This document shows, one piece after another, positions 30,727 through 40,227 of a stretch of DNA of 64,000 nt. The stretch covers positions 192,001 through 256,000 of the forward strand of contig CBDASZ010000002.1 of the NCBI GenBank assembly GCA_965199755.1, read 5' to 3'. The notes under the pieces are model-generated. The model saw only the letters and a program-made list of their open reading frames with translations, made no database searches and was not told the DNA's origin. The translations under genes and the position numbers were made by a program. How positions within the stretch are numbered: the stretch's first letter is position 1; every line of letters starts with the position of its first letter. The stretch comes from an uncultured candidatus Porisulfidus sp. GTDB lineage: Bacteria; Pseudomonadota; Gammaproteobacteria; Poriferisulfidales; Poriferisulfidaceae.

Positions 30727-32268
30727 TCAACTCTCCGCAGCAGCGGCTGAATCGTCATCTTCCGCCTCCTGAGAGGCTTCCAGCACCAGATTCTCGCGCG
30801 CCTTCATGATCAACTCACCTGCGCGCTCCTCTTCCAGACCATCGATCGGCGGCAACTCATCCAGCGCCAGCTCGGCCAACTGCCGGCGGGTCGTGATGCC
30901 GTGCATGGTGAACTGTAAGGCCAGGTCAATATCCATGCCGTCCACATTCAGAAGGTCTTCATCCTCGGAACTCTCGGTGCGGGATTCGATGCTGTCGCGA
31001 GCACGCTCGCGAAGCTCCAGCGCCACCTGCTCGTTGAACTCATCAATTTCCGCCAGTTCCTGATCCGTAGCGTAGGCCAGTTCGTGCACTTCCCGATAGC
31101 CATTTTCAACCAGAATCGCCGCGATGTATTCGTCCACGTCGAGTTCTTCCTGAAACTGCTCCTCCAGCGCCCGCTGCTCCTGCTCGGTCTTTTCGCGCAA
31201 CTCCTGCACCGTCATTACATTCAGCGTCCAGCCGGTCAACTGACTGGCCAGCCGCACGTTCTGCCCGCTGCGCCCGATCGCCTGCGACAGCCGCTCCTCT
31301 TCCACGGCAATATCCATGACGTTGTTCTCATCGTCCTGCACAATCTCATCGACCGCCGGCAGCGACATCGCGTTGATCACATACTGGGCGGGATTCTCAT
31401 GCCAAGTGATGATGTCGATGCGCTCCCCGGATAACTCGTTGGACACCGCCTGTACGCGCGATCCGCGCATGCCGACGCAAGCGCCGACCGGATCCACACG
31501 GGAATCGTTGGTGCGCACCGCAATCTTGGCGCGAATGCCCGGATCCCGCGCCGCATCCATAATCTCAATGATGCCCTGATCAATCTCCGGCACTTCGAGG
31601 CGAAACAGCATGATCAGAAACTGCGGGTCCGTGCGCGACAACAACAACTGTGGCCCGCGGGTGTCTTTGCGCACCTCGCGCAAATAAGCACGCAGACGGT
31701 CACCGCTTCGAATGATCTCGCGCTGGATGGTCTCGTCGCGCGGAATAAAGCCCTCCACGTTGCCGCCCAAGTCAATGTAGGCACCGGAATACTCCACGCG
31801 CTTGACAATGCCGGTCAGCAAATCGCCCACCTTGTCCTCATAAGCATCCGCAATCTGCGCTCGTTCCGCATCGCGCACGCGCTGCACGATCACCTGCTTG
31901 GCGGTATGCGCGGCGATGCGCGCAATATCCACTGAATCAATCGGCTCCTCGACATAGTCCCCGGCGGCAATGTCGGGATTGTTGTGTCGCTCCTGCGCGA
32001 CACTCAGCAGCACCTGGCCTTCCGGGGATTGAAAGTCGGGGTCGTCGTCCGCCATCACCAGCCAGCGACGCCATGTCTCATAGGTGCCCTTCTTGCGGTC
32101 AATCGCAATGCGCACATCTGTGTCCGGGCCCAGTTTGGCGCGTGTCGCCGTCGCCAGCGCCACTTCCAGCGCGTCAAAAATGATCTCGCGCTCAATGCCC
32201 TTCTCCTTCGAGACGGTCTCCACCACCGCCAGAATATCCAGACCGGACTCATTCCCTGCTTCACTCAT
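30727..32268 (-). CDS. nusA: transcription factor NusA
   Basis: AKQVIVQ, ARDPG, DPVGACVG, QAIGRSGQNVRLA. Confidence 0.97.
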   Translation of the reverse strand: MSEAGNESGLDILAVVETVSKEKGIEREIIFDALEVALATATRAKLGPDTDVRIAIDRKKGTYETWRRWLVMADDDPDFQSPEGQVLLSVAQERHNNPDIAAGDYVEEPIDSVDIARIAAHTAKQVIVQRVRDAERAQIADAYEDKVGDLLTGIVKRVEYSGAYIDLGGNVEGFIPRDETIQREIIRSGDRLRAYLREVRKDTRGPQLLLSRTDPQFLIMLFRLEVPEIDQGIIEIMDAARDPGIRAKIAVRTNDSRVDPVGACVGMRGSRVQAVSNELSGERIDIITWHENPAQYVINAMSLPAVDEIVQDDENNVMDIAVEEERLSQAIGRSGQNVRLASQLTGWTLNVMTVQELREKTEQEQRALEEQFQEELDVDEYIAAILVENGYREVHELAYATDQELAEIDEFNEQVALELRERARDSIESRTESSEDEDLLNVDGMDIDLALQFTMHGITTRRQLAELALDELPPIDGLEEERAGELIMKARENLVLEASQEAEDDDSAAAAES

Positions 32269-32294
32269 TGTTCCAAACCCTTGCCTGTGTTGCC

Positions 32295-32744
32295 TCAATA
32301 ATGCAATCGCGCCTGCGCGATCGCGTGATAGGGGACGACGAAACTCTCCGCGTCCTCCTGAATCTGTACATCAGCGTCAGTTACTTCGCCAATGCGTCCT
32401 TCCAAACTGCGGCGTCCCTGCAACGGCCAGCGCAAACGCACGGACACGGCGGACTCCTGATAGCGGCGGAAATGCTCAGGCCGCAACAGCAATCGATCCA
32501 GACCCGGTGACGAGACCTCCAGTCGATACGTCATCTGAATCGGATCTTCCACATCCAGCAGACCGCTGACCTGCTCGCTGACGGCCGCACAGTCTTCATG
32601 ACTGATGCCACCGGGATGGTCGATATAGACACATACCGTCCCACGCCGCGTCCCCAATCGGCAGACCAACCCCCAATACTCGTAACCCATTTTCTCCACT
32701 AGTGGAGCAATCAGGCCCTCCAGAGTTCGAGTTGTGCCGTCCAT
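32295..32744 (-). CDS. rimP: ribosome maturation factor RimP
   Basis: VYID, EDC, LEVSSPGLDR. Confidence 0.95.
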   Translation of the reverse strand: MDGTTRTLEGLIAPLVEKMGYEYWGLVCRLGTRRGTVCVYIDHPGGISHEDCAAVSEQVSGLLDVEDPIQMTYRLEVSSPGLDRLLLRPEHFRRYQESAVSVRLRWPLQGRRSLEGRIGEVTDADVQIQEDAESFVVPYHAIAQARLHY

Positions 32745-32781
32745 ACGCAGGGCGCGTCCCATGGCCTTCCTCGCCGCACCT

Positions 32782-32810
32782 AACAAAAACCCCCGTAAAC
32801 GGGGGCTTCA
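32782..32810 (-). terminator. rimP leader hairpin with U-tract
   Basis: Minus strand AAGCCCCCG-TTTA-CGGGGGTTTTTGTT just upstream of rimP. Confidence 0.7.
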
Positions 32811-32985
32811 GCCGGGTATCCCAATTTGTTCGGGACTACATTGTAACATTTATCGCCTGTACGATGCCAACATATATTGGATCCGATTCCCGCATGTATC
32901 TGACAGAAGCAGAGCCCTCTTGAGAGGAATGCAACCTCCGCCGTCTCGTGGACAGTCATCTCTGCAACATGCGGCACAGGCAATT

Positions 32986-33156
32986 TCAACCAAGCCAGTC
33001 TATGACCGGGACGCGCACCGCGTCGCTACCCCAGTTATCTCGATAGAGTGCAGCCTTCGTAGCGTTAATATCGTTGGCGAAAACGGTCTCGATGCCCAGC
33101 GGCTCAAGACCGGCGCGCATCAGGCCCATGCCCGCAAAGAATTCGGCAGCACGCAT
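32986..33156 (-). pseudogene. DNA cytosine-5 methyltransferase relic (N- and C-termini fused)
   Basis: Manual translation MRAAEFFAGMGLMRAGLEPLGIETVFANDINATKAALYRDNWG-SDAVRVPVIDWLG*: motif I FAGxG and ANDI joined to a motif X-like DAVxVPVI. Confidence 0.75.
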
Positions 33157-33259
33157 CAGGCTCCCCGATTCCTATATGTATCTGGAATTAGCAACAGGGA
33201 CAAGCACAGGGCCGCTACGGACACAGCCGCAGCGTCAGCGTGTCAGGTGCAGCCCGTTC

Positions 33260-33340
33260 TTACTTAATGCGCATGGCGATCTGCATGATCACCACGGCAA
33301 GGACTGTGGCGCCAATCGCCATCCAAGCCCATCCACTCAT
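33260..33340 (-). CDS. candidate 26-aa single-TM small protein
   Basis: GGAG RBS 7 nt before ATG; MSGWAWMAIGATVLAVVIMQIAMRIK; lies in an otherwise empty gap. Confidence 0.45.
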   Translation of the reverse strand: MSGWAWMAIGATVLAVVIMQIAMRIK

Positions 33341-33431
33341 AAATATGCTCCGGTCATCAAGTGCGGATTGTGTCGGGATTATAGCCGAAGGCGCATTACA
33401 ATGGGAACGCTCCATACCACCGGTACCCGTA

Positions 33432-33848
33432 ATGCCCCCAGTTGACAAAATCCAGCGCAGCGATGCCGAGTGGCGCAGCCAGCTCAGCGCCGAGCAATAT
33501 GCAGTCTGCCGCCGCAAGGGCACCGAACCCGCTTTCGGCGGAGAGTACTACACCCAGCACGATGACGGCCAGTTCCTGTGCGTGTGCTGTGACGCGCTAC
33601 TATTCGACTCGCAACACAAATACGACTCCGGCAGCGGCTGGCCAAGTTTCACCGCCTACGCCAAACCCGAAGCGGTCGATGAACTCTCCGATCACAGCCT
33701 CGGCATGCGCCGCACCGAAGTGCTGTGCGCCCGCTGTGATGCGCATCTCGGACACGTGTTCAACGACGGCCCGCCGCCGAGCGGACTGCGCTACTGCATC
33801 AATTCTGTCGCCCTGCGCTTTCGCCCACGCGACGATACTTCAGTCTGA
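33432..33848 (+). CDS. msrB: peptide methionine sulfoxide reductase B
   Basis: GTEPAF, CVCC, SGSGWPSF, HLGHVFNDGP, RYCINS. Confidence 0.97.
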   Translation: MPPVDKIQRSDAEWRSQLSAEQYAVCRRKGTEPAFGGEYYTQHDDGQFLCVCCDALLFDSQHKYDSGSGWPSFTAYAKPEAVDELSDHSLGMRRTEVLCARCDAHLGHVFNDGPPPSGLRYCINSVALRFRPRDDTSV

Positions 33849-34409
33849 TTCAAGCTGACGGCGCAACGCCGCCCAATCAAAAGCCGGTCCCGGATCGGTC
33901 TTGCGCCCCGGCGCAATATCGCAGTGCCCCACGATCCGCTGCGCATTGAGTTTCGGGTAAACGCACATCAAAGCCTGAATCACGGACACCAGCACCTCCA
34001 TTTGCGCAGCCTCATACGGCTCCTCATCACAGCCTTCCAGCTCAATGCCGATCGAGTAATCATTGCAGCGCGCGCGGCCTTCGAAAGATGACTCCCCGGC
34101 ATGCCAGGCACGGCGATGCAAGGGCACGAACTGGATCAGTTCACCATCCCTGCGGATCAATATGTGCGCAGATACCCGCAAGTCCCGCAGAGGCGCATAG
34201 TCAGGATGCGCAGCGCAGTCGAGCGTATTGGTGAACAGACGCTCCACCGCATCGCCGCCGTATTGTCCGGGCGGCAAACTGATACCGTGAATGACCAGCA
34301 AGTCCACGGTGGTCCCGGACGGGCGATCGTCGCAATTCGGCGACGGTACCTGCCGCGCGCCCGACAGCCAGCCGATCGTGGCATCTGCTGAAATTGAGTC
34401 GCTGTTCAT
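33840..34409 (-). CDS. ampD: anhydro-MurNAc-L-Ala amidase
   Basis: VIHGISLPPG, VSAH, AWHAG, SIGIELEG, RKTDPG. Confidence 0.96.
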   Translation of the reverse strand: MNSDSISADATIGWLSGARQVPSPNCDDRPSGTTVDLLVIHGISLPPGQYGGDAVERLFTNTLDCAAHPDYAPLRDLRVSAHILIRRDGELIQFVPLHRRAWHAGESSFEGRARCNDYSIGIELEGCDEEPYEAAQMEVLVSVIQALMCVYPKLNAQRIVGHCDIAPGRKTDPGPAFDWAALRRQLESD

Positions 34410-34459
34410 GGGACGGCTATACTACAATACTACTGCACAGTGCCTTGTGAGAACCTGCT

Positions 34460-35629
34460 GTGGAACACACAACCAGCGTTGTTTTCGTCATCTTTCTGAT
34501 CTATACCGGGGCGGCCATCCTGGCCACCTTTTCGTTATTTGCACGTCAAACCCTGCTGATCGCCTACATCGCTCTGGGCCTGCTGATCGGCCCGTTCGGC
34601 TTCGGCTTCGTCTCCGATATCGAAACCATTCAGAACATCTCGCATATCGGCATCACCTTCTTGCTGTTTCTGCTCGGCCTCAACCTACGGCCGCAGAAAT
34701 TGCTGGAATTGTTCCGCAAGACCGCCATCATCACGGCCATCACCTCAGGTACCTTCGCCATCGGCGGCGCGGCCATCTGTTACTCGCTCGGCTTCAGCAT
34801 GGTCGATTCGCTGTTTATCGGTGCCGGCATGATGTTCTCCAGCACCATCATCGGCCTAAAATTGCTGCCGACCACCGTGCTGCATCACCAGATTACTGGC
34901 GAGTTGATGATCAGCATTCTGCTGCTGCAGGACGTGATCGCGCTGATTGTGCTGCTGATTATCGATATGCAGACCGGCGTGTTTTTCGGCAACGAAATCT
35001 TCCGCATGATCATCGGCCTGCCGGCGGTGGTCGGACTGTCCTGGCTCATCTATCGCTATGTGCTCGACCCGCTGTTCTCGCGCTTCGACCAGATCCAGGA
35101 ATACGTATTCCTGATGGTGATCGGCTGGTGTCTGGGCATGGCAGAAATCTCCGCCTTTCTCGGCCTGTCGATCGAATCGGGCGCGTTTATCGCCGGCGTC
35201 ACACTGGCGGCCAGCCCGATTTCGCAGTACATCGCGGAAGTGCTCAAACCGTTACGGGATTTCTTTCTGGTTATCTTCTTCTTCTCGGTCGGTGCCGCCT
35301 ACAACTGGCATGTGCTGCTTGAAGTGCTAGTGCCCGCCGCGCTGCTGGTCGCATTCACCATCGCCGTGAAACCGTGGATGTTCCGCACCCTGCTGTTGAA
35401 GATCGGCGAAAAGTCCACGCGCTCGCACGAGGTGGGCGTGCGCCTTGCCAACATCAGCGAGTTTTCGCTGCTGATCGCGGTGCTGGCGCTGACTGGCGGC
35501 GTAATCACCGAACAGGCATCCTTCGTCATCCAGACCGCCACCTTGTTCACGTTCATCATCTCGTCTTACTGGATCGTGCTGTTCTATCCCTCGCCGATGG
35601 CGGTGAAGGACGAATTGCGCCAGTTGTAG
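34460..35629 (+). CDS. CPA2 cation:proton antiporter (Kef-like, no KTN domain)
   Basis: FSSTII, ILLLQD, GAFIAG, RDFF, SEFSL; multiple TM helices. Confidence 0.9.
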   Translation: MEHTTSVVFVIFLIYTGAAILATFSLFARQTLLIAYIALGLLIGPFGFGFVSDIETIQNISHIGITFLLFLLGLNLRPQKLLELFRKTAIITAITSGTFAIGGAAICYSLGFSMVDSLFIGAGMMFSSTIIGLKLLPTTVLHHQITGELMISILLLQDVIALIVLLIIDMQTGVFFGNEIFRMIIGLPAVVGLSWLIYRYVLDPLFSRFDQIQEYVFLMVIGWCLGMAEISAFLGLSIESGAFIAGVTLAASPISQYIAEVLKPLRDFFLVIFFFSVGAAYNWHVLLEVLVPAALLVAFTIAVKPWMFRTLLLKIGEKSTRSHEVGVRLANISEFSLLIAVLALTGGVITEQASFVIQTATLFTFIISSYWIVLFYPSPMAVKDELRQL

Positions 35630-35654
35630 CGCGCGGCTTCGCGCGCGTCGCCCC

Positions 35655-36023
35655 ATGGAAACCGGCATCGCCGATTTCAGCGAGCGCGAACAGTGGGTGG
35701 TGCACACCACGCTGCAAGAGCGCTGGACTGATACCGACATCCCGCTGCATACGGCCGACGTCGAAATCCGGCTGCGCACCGAAGACGCCGAAGGCTCGCC
35801 CTGCCCGGCCCTGTACTGGCAGGTCGATGGGTGCAATTTCGTTGTGGTCAAGACCAGCGAGAGCCGTTATCGCTGCCAGTTTTTCTATAATGACTTGCAG
35901 CAGATGGCCCCGGACGTCACCGAATACACCGAACTCGCCGAATGCGTGGTGCAGTTGCTGCAAACGCAAGCCGACCACGCCCGCATGACCGGCCGCGGCA
36001 TCACCAGCACGGACACACCATGA
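35655..36023 (+). CDS. hypothetical protein
   Basis: Operonic between the antiporter and pfk with ATGA overlap; YRCQFFY, VQLLQTQAD. Confidence 0.8.
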   Translation: METGIADFSEREQWVVHTTLQERWTDTDIPLHTADVEIRLRTEDAEGSPCPALYWQVDGCNFVVVKTSESRYRCQFFYNDLQQMAPDVTEYTELAECVVQLLQTQADHARMTGRGITSTDTP

Positions 36024-37282
36024 GCACGCGCCGCAATCTTTTCTACGCGCAATCCGGCGGCCCCACCGCCGTCATCAATGCCTCCGCCGCAGGGGTCATT
36101 GAAACCGCACGCGCGCACCCTGATCGTATCGGCCGCGTGTACGCCGGGCGCAATGGCATTCTCGGCGCGCTCAACGAAGACATAATCGACGTCAACCGCG
36201 AATCCACCAGAACCATCGCGGCATTGCGGCACACGCCGGGTGCCGCCTTCGGCACCTGTCGCTACAAACTCAAGGGCCTGAAAGAAAACCGCGCCGAATA
36301 CGAACGCCTGCTCGACGTGTTCGAGGCGCACAACATTGGCTATTTCTTCTACAACGGCGGCGGCGACTCACAAGACACCGCGCACAAGGTCGCGCAACTA
36401 GCGCGGCAACGCAACTCACCGATTCGCTGCATTGGCATCCCGAAGACAGTGGACAACGACTTGCCGGTAACCGACAACTGCCCTGGCTTCGGCTCGGTCG
36501 CCAAATACGTCTCCACCTCGATCCGCGAAGCGGGACTAGACGTCGCTTCCATGGCCGCCACCTCGACCAAGGTCTTCATTCTGGAAGTGATGGGCCGGCA
36601 CGCCGGCTGGATCGCGGCGGCGGGCGGACTCGCCTCCACCTGTGGAGGAGAGCCGCCACATATCATTCTGTTCCCGGAGATTCCGCTCTCCCGACAGAAA
36701 TTTCTGGCCCGTGTGCGCGCCTGTGTTAAGGAATACGGCTTCTGCGCCATCGTCGCCTCTGAAGGCGTGCGCGATGCCCGCGGGCGCTTTCTGGCGGAAT
36801 CCGGCTCTCGCGATGCTTTCGGACACGCGCAACTCGGTGGCAACGCGCTGGTACTGGCGAATCTGATCTCCGAGCGCCTCGGCTACAAAAATCACTGGGC
36901 GGTGGCCGATTATCTGCAGCGCTCCGCCAGCCACATCGCCTCTCAAACCGACTGTGATCAGGCTTATGCGGTCGGCCGCGCCGCCGTGCGGCTAGCCCTC
37001 CGCGGACACACCGCCATCATGCCAACTATCGTGCGCACCTCCAATAATCCCTATCGCTGGAAGATCGGCACCACGCCGCTGTCGCGCGTCGCCAACCGCG
37101 AGCGTATGATGCCTAAAAACTTCATCACTGAAGACGGCTTCGGCATCACCCAGCGCTGCCGAAACTATCTGGAGCCGCTGATTCGCGGCGAAGCCACGCC
37201 ACCGTTTCGCAACGGACTACCGCAATATGCGCGCCTCAAGGACGTGCGCGTGGCGCAGAAACTGCCGCCCCACCCCACATGA
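36020..37282 (+). CDS. pfp: PPi-dependent 6-phosphofructokinase
   Basis: AQSGGPTAVIN, GGGDS (Asp typical of PPi use), PKTVDND, EVMGRHAGW. Confidence 0.9.
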   Translation: MSTRRNLFYAQSGGPTAVINASAAGVIETARAHPDRIGRVYAGRNGILGALNEDIIDVNRESTRTIAALRHTPGAAFGTCRYKLKGLKENRAEYERLLDVFEAHNIGYFFYNGGGDSQDTAHKVAQLARQRNSPIRCIGIPKTVDNDLPVTDNCPGFGSVAKYVSTSIREAGLDVASMAATSTKVFILEVMGRHAGWIAAAGGLASTCGGEPPHIILFPEIPLSRQKFLARVRACVKEYGFCAIVASEGVRDARGRFLAESGSRDAFGHAQLGGNALVLANLISERLGYKNHWAVADYLQRSASHIASQTDCDQAYAVGRAAVRLALRGHTAIMPTIVRTSNNPYRWKIGTTPLSRVANRERMMPKNFITEDGFGITQRCRNYLEPLIRGEATPPFRNGLPQYARLKDVRVAQKLPPHPT

Positions 37283-37476
37283 CTCTGGACAAGGCACGCG
37301 AACTGCTGCTAAAGCAAGCGCAAGTCGCTGGCGGCTATACGCGTAATGGCGCACGGCTGATTCTGGCCGAAGTCGGACGCGAACACGGTCAAGATGCCGT
37401 GGATGACCTGATCCGTGAACTGGATCTGGAGGAAATCTTTGGCTTCACCCCAGGCACTCACTTCAAGGGAGCCTGA
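37279..37476 (+). CDS. small hypothetical protein
   Basis: ATGA coupling to pfp; GGYTRNGARLILAEV...HGQDAVDDLIRE. Confidence 0.75.
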   Translation: MTLDKARELLLKQAQVAGGYTRNGARLILAEVGREHGQDAVDDLIRELDLEEIFGFTPGTHFKGA

Positions 37477-38212
37477 ACGCGCTCGCGGCGAGCGCGGCCG
37501 CGACCGCCTCTACGCGCACAAGCGCCCGACAGAAGACTTCCGCTTTGACGCCCAAGTCGCCGATGTGTTCGACGACATGGTGGCCCGCTCAGTGCCGGGC
37601 TACGCCTCATTGATTCATGGCATCGGCGTGCTCGGCGCGCAGCGCATGCGCGAGCATCACGCCTGCTACGACCTCGGCTGCTCACTCGGCGCGGTGGCCC
37701 GCCGCTGGGCGCGGCACAAGACACCGAATAGCCCGATCATCGCCGTGGACGCCTCACGCGCCATGATCGAACGTGCCGCCGCGCGCTCCGATCCGTTCAT
37801 CACCTATCAATGCGCCGACATTCGCACCCTGACATTGCGCCCGGCCAGCGTCGTCGCGCTGAATCTGACCTTGCAGTTTCTGCCTGCCGAAGACCGACTC
37901 GGCGTGCTGGAGAACATCGCCCGCGCCCTGCACCCCGACGGCGCGTTGATCCTGACCGAAAAAATCCGCTTCAACGAACCTGAGGAGAGCCTACGCAATC
38001 AACAGCATGAAGCCTTCAAGCGATTGCAGGGATACAGCGAACTGGAAATCAGTCAGAAACGCACCGCGCTGGAGCGTACGCTGGTGCGGGATTCGCTGGA
38101 AATCCACCGCGCGCGACTGAAACAAGCGGGCTTTCACTCGATTACTGTCTGGTTCCAATGTCTGCACTTCTGCTCGATGCTGGCGCAACGCCGCAGCGAT
38201 TCCGGTTTCTGA
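37415..38212 (+). CDS. cmoA: carboxy-SAM synthase
   Basis: FRFDAQVADVFDDMVARSVPGY, YDLGCSLGA, GYSELEISQKR; start uncertain. Confidence 0.93.
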   Translation: MNWIWRKSLASPQALTSREPERARGERGRDRLYAHKRPTEDFRFDAQVADVFDDMVARSVPGYASLIHGIGVLGAQRMREHHACYDLGCSLGAVARRWARHKTPNSPIIAVDASRAMIERAAARSDPFITYQCADIRTLTLRPASVVALNLTLQFLPAEDRLGVLENIARALHPDGALILTEKIRFNEPEESLRNQQHEAFKRLQGYSELEISQKRTALERTLVRDSLEIHRARLKQAGFHSITVWFQCLHFCSMLAQRRSDSGF

Positions 38213-39147
38213 AGCAGTTCCTGCGCGAGCAGGGGCTCGGATCCTGGTGGAATCTGAGTGCGCAGTGCTGGGAGAATCCACAACACGGAGACACCGCACG
38301 CTGGCATGAAGCCGTGCGCGCCATGCCATCGCAAATCACCCCGCATATCGAACTGGATGCCGGATGCATCACCATCGGCGATGCCGGCGAACTGACACCA
38401 CGCGAACATACCCGACTTCGCCAGAGTCTGGAGACGCTGATGCCGTGGCGCAAAGGACCGTTTTGCCTGTTTGGCACAGAGATTGATGCGGAATGGCGCT
38501 GCGATATGAAATGGCAACGCTTGCACCCGCATATCGCTGATTTGCGCGGGCGGCGCGTCCTCGATATCGGCTGTGGCAACGGCTACTTTCTCCTGCGCAT
38601 GCTGGGCGCCGGCGCAGCACTGGCGCTGGGCGTGGAATCTTCCTGGCTGTCCCACTGGCAGTTCGCAACAGTAATGCGCACGATGGCAACAGAGTATCCC
38701 GGCTGGATGATTCCAGCACGCTTTGAAACCTTGCCGCAAGGCACGTTTGACAGCGTCTTCTCCATGGGCGTACTACATCACCAGCGCACGCCGCAAACAC
38801 ACTTGCAGCAGTTGCGCCAGCGGCTCGAATCTGGCGGAGAACTGGTGTTCGAGACTTTGCTCGTGGACGACGCACCGGGGGGCCAGTTGGATATTCCGGA
38901 TCGCTATGCGGCCATGCGCAACGTGTACCTGCTATGGACTCCGCAGCGCATTGAAGAGGAGTTGCGGGCGGCAGGATTCCGCATGGTACGCCAAGTTGAT
39001 CAGACCCGCACTACGGTGGCGGAACAGCGCCGCACTCGCTGGATGACTAACCACTCACTGGCGGACGCACTGGATGCACGCGATACAAATCGTACGATTG
39101 AAGGCTACCCCGCGCCGGCGCGTGGAATTTTCATCGCGGAAGCCTAA
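38158..39147 (+). CDS. cmoB: tRNA U34 carboxymethyltransferase
   Basis: PWRKGPF, IDAEWR, DIGCGNGY, FSMGVLHH, TIEGYPAP. Confidence 0.95.
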   Translation: MSALLLDAGATPQRFRFLKQFLREQGLGSWWNLSAQCWENPQHGDTARWHEAVRAMPSQITPHIELDAGCITIGDAGELTPREHTRLRQSLETLMPWRKGPFCLFGTEIDAEWRCDMKWQRLHPHIADLRGRRVLDIGCGNGYFLLRMLGAGAALALGVESSWLSHWQFATVMRTMATEYPGWMIPARFETLPQGTFDSVFSMGVLHHQRTPQTHLQQLRQRLESGGELVFETLLVDDAPGGQLDIPDRYAAMRNVYLLWTPQRIEEELRAAGFRMVRQVDQTRTTVAEQRRTRWMTNHSLADALDARDTNRTIEGYPAPARGIFIAEA

Positions 39148-39201
39148 AGCCCTATAATAAATAGTATTCAGGCATCACCATAACAAGTACTTCAAAAACC
39201 T

Positions 39202-39780
39202 ATGCACGCAAAGCCTCTCTACTGTCCGCAATGCGGCTCCAACTCCTTGGAATATCGCATTCCGGACGGCGACAGCAAGCGACGTTATGTGTGCGAGCGC
39301 TGCGGCTACATCATCTATCAGAATCCCTTGACAGTGGCCGGGGCGATTCTGGAATGGGAAGGAAAAATTCTGTTGTGCAAGCGCGCCATCAAACCGCGCT
39401 TCGGCCTGTGGACCTTGCCGGCCGGTTTCATGGAAACGCACGAGACCGTGGAAGAATGCGCGCGCCGCGAAAGTCTGGAGGAAGCCACCGCGGAAATTGA
39501 CAACATGGCGCTGTTTAGCCTCTACAGTTTGCCGCACATCTCCCAGATTTACGTCATCTACTCTGGCACCCTGAGAGAGGGACGCACCGAACCCGGTGAG
39601 GAATCGAGTCAGTGTAAATTATTCGCGCCGGACGAGATCCCGTGGTCGGAAATCGCCTTTGACATCATTGAAGAGAATCTGAAACTGTATTTCGAACACG
39701 GCAGTGGCAATGGCCGGGTCCACACCGGCTCGGTCATGCCGCATCCTGGCTCTGGAGCGCAAGCTGAAATCGGACAGTGA
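39202..39780 (+). CDS. NUDIX hydrolase with N-terminal zinc ribbon
   Basis: YCPQCG...CERCG, YQNP, WTLPAGFME...RESLEE. Confidence 0.92.
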   Translation: MHAKPLYCPQCGSNSLEYRIPDGDSKRRYVCERCGYIIYQNPLTVAGAILEWEGKILLCKRAIKPRFGLWTLPAGFMETHETVEECARRESLEEATAEIDNMALFSLYSLPHISQIYVIYSGTLREGRTEPGEESSQCKLFAPDEIPWSEIAFDIIEENLKLYFEHGSGNGRVHTGSVMPHPGSGAQAEIGQ

Positions 39781-40150
39781 ACCGCGCCGCCTGCTCACTA
39801 TCATCGAACTCGGCGGTTACCCGAATTTCACGGATCTCTACCGGGAACTCGGTTTTGATGCTGAGTTATGTATCTCCATGCGCAAGGCGCTGAGGGCGAT
39901 CCGGCGCCGGCCGCCTGATGTGATCGTCTGCGAGTTCAACTTTCAGTCAGATTTCCGCGATCGCACCAGTTCACTGGAATCCATGATCGCACTGGTACAG
40001 CGTCAACCAGAAACACAGGTGATTGTGCTGATGGAGCCGCAACATCGGATGCAGTTCAGCAAACTCGAAGCGCACTACCCTTTTCACGCCGCACTGGATT
40101 TGCCGGTGGATGAGGCCCATATGCGCCAAGCACTGGAGTGTCTGGCGTAG
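39704..40150 (+). CDS. hypothetical protein (receiver-like fold possible)
   Basis: IIELGGYPNF, PDVIVCEF, FRDRTSSLES; start uncertain. Confidence 0.7.
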   Translation: MAMAGSTPARSCRILALERKLKSDSEPRRLLTIIELGGYPNFTDLYRELGFDAELCISMRKALRAIRRRPPDVIVCEFNFQSDFRDRTSSLESMIALVQRQPETQVIVLMEPQHRMQFSKLEAHYPFHAALDLPVDEAHMRQALECLA

Positions 40151-40227
40151 AAGATAACCAGAAGGTCGGATCTGTTTGTCCGTGATCTTCTGCCTACACG
40201 AAACTCCGAAGAGCCCCTAACAACTCT

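Noticed and set aside
32782-32810. IS605 end hairpin (AAGCCCC..GTTTAC..GGGG)
   Set aside because: Position and U-tract fit the rimP leader terminator better, and no tnpA/tnpB is adjacent
32790-33260. tRNA-Met upstream of rimP
   Set aside because: No cloverleaf or GGTTCRA T-loop found; the space holds the Dcm relic
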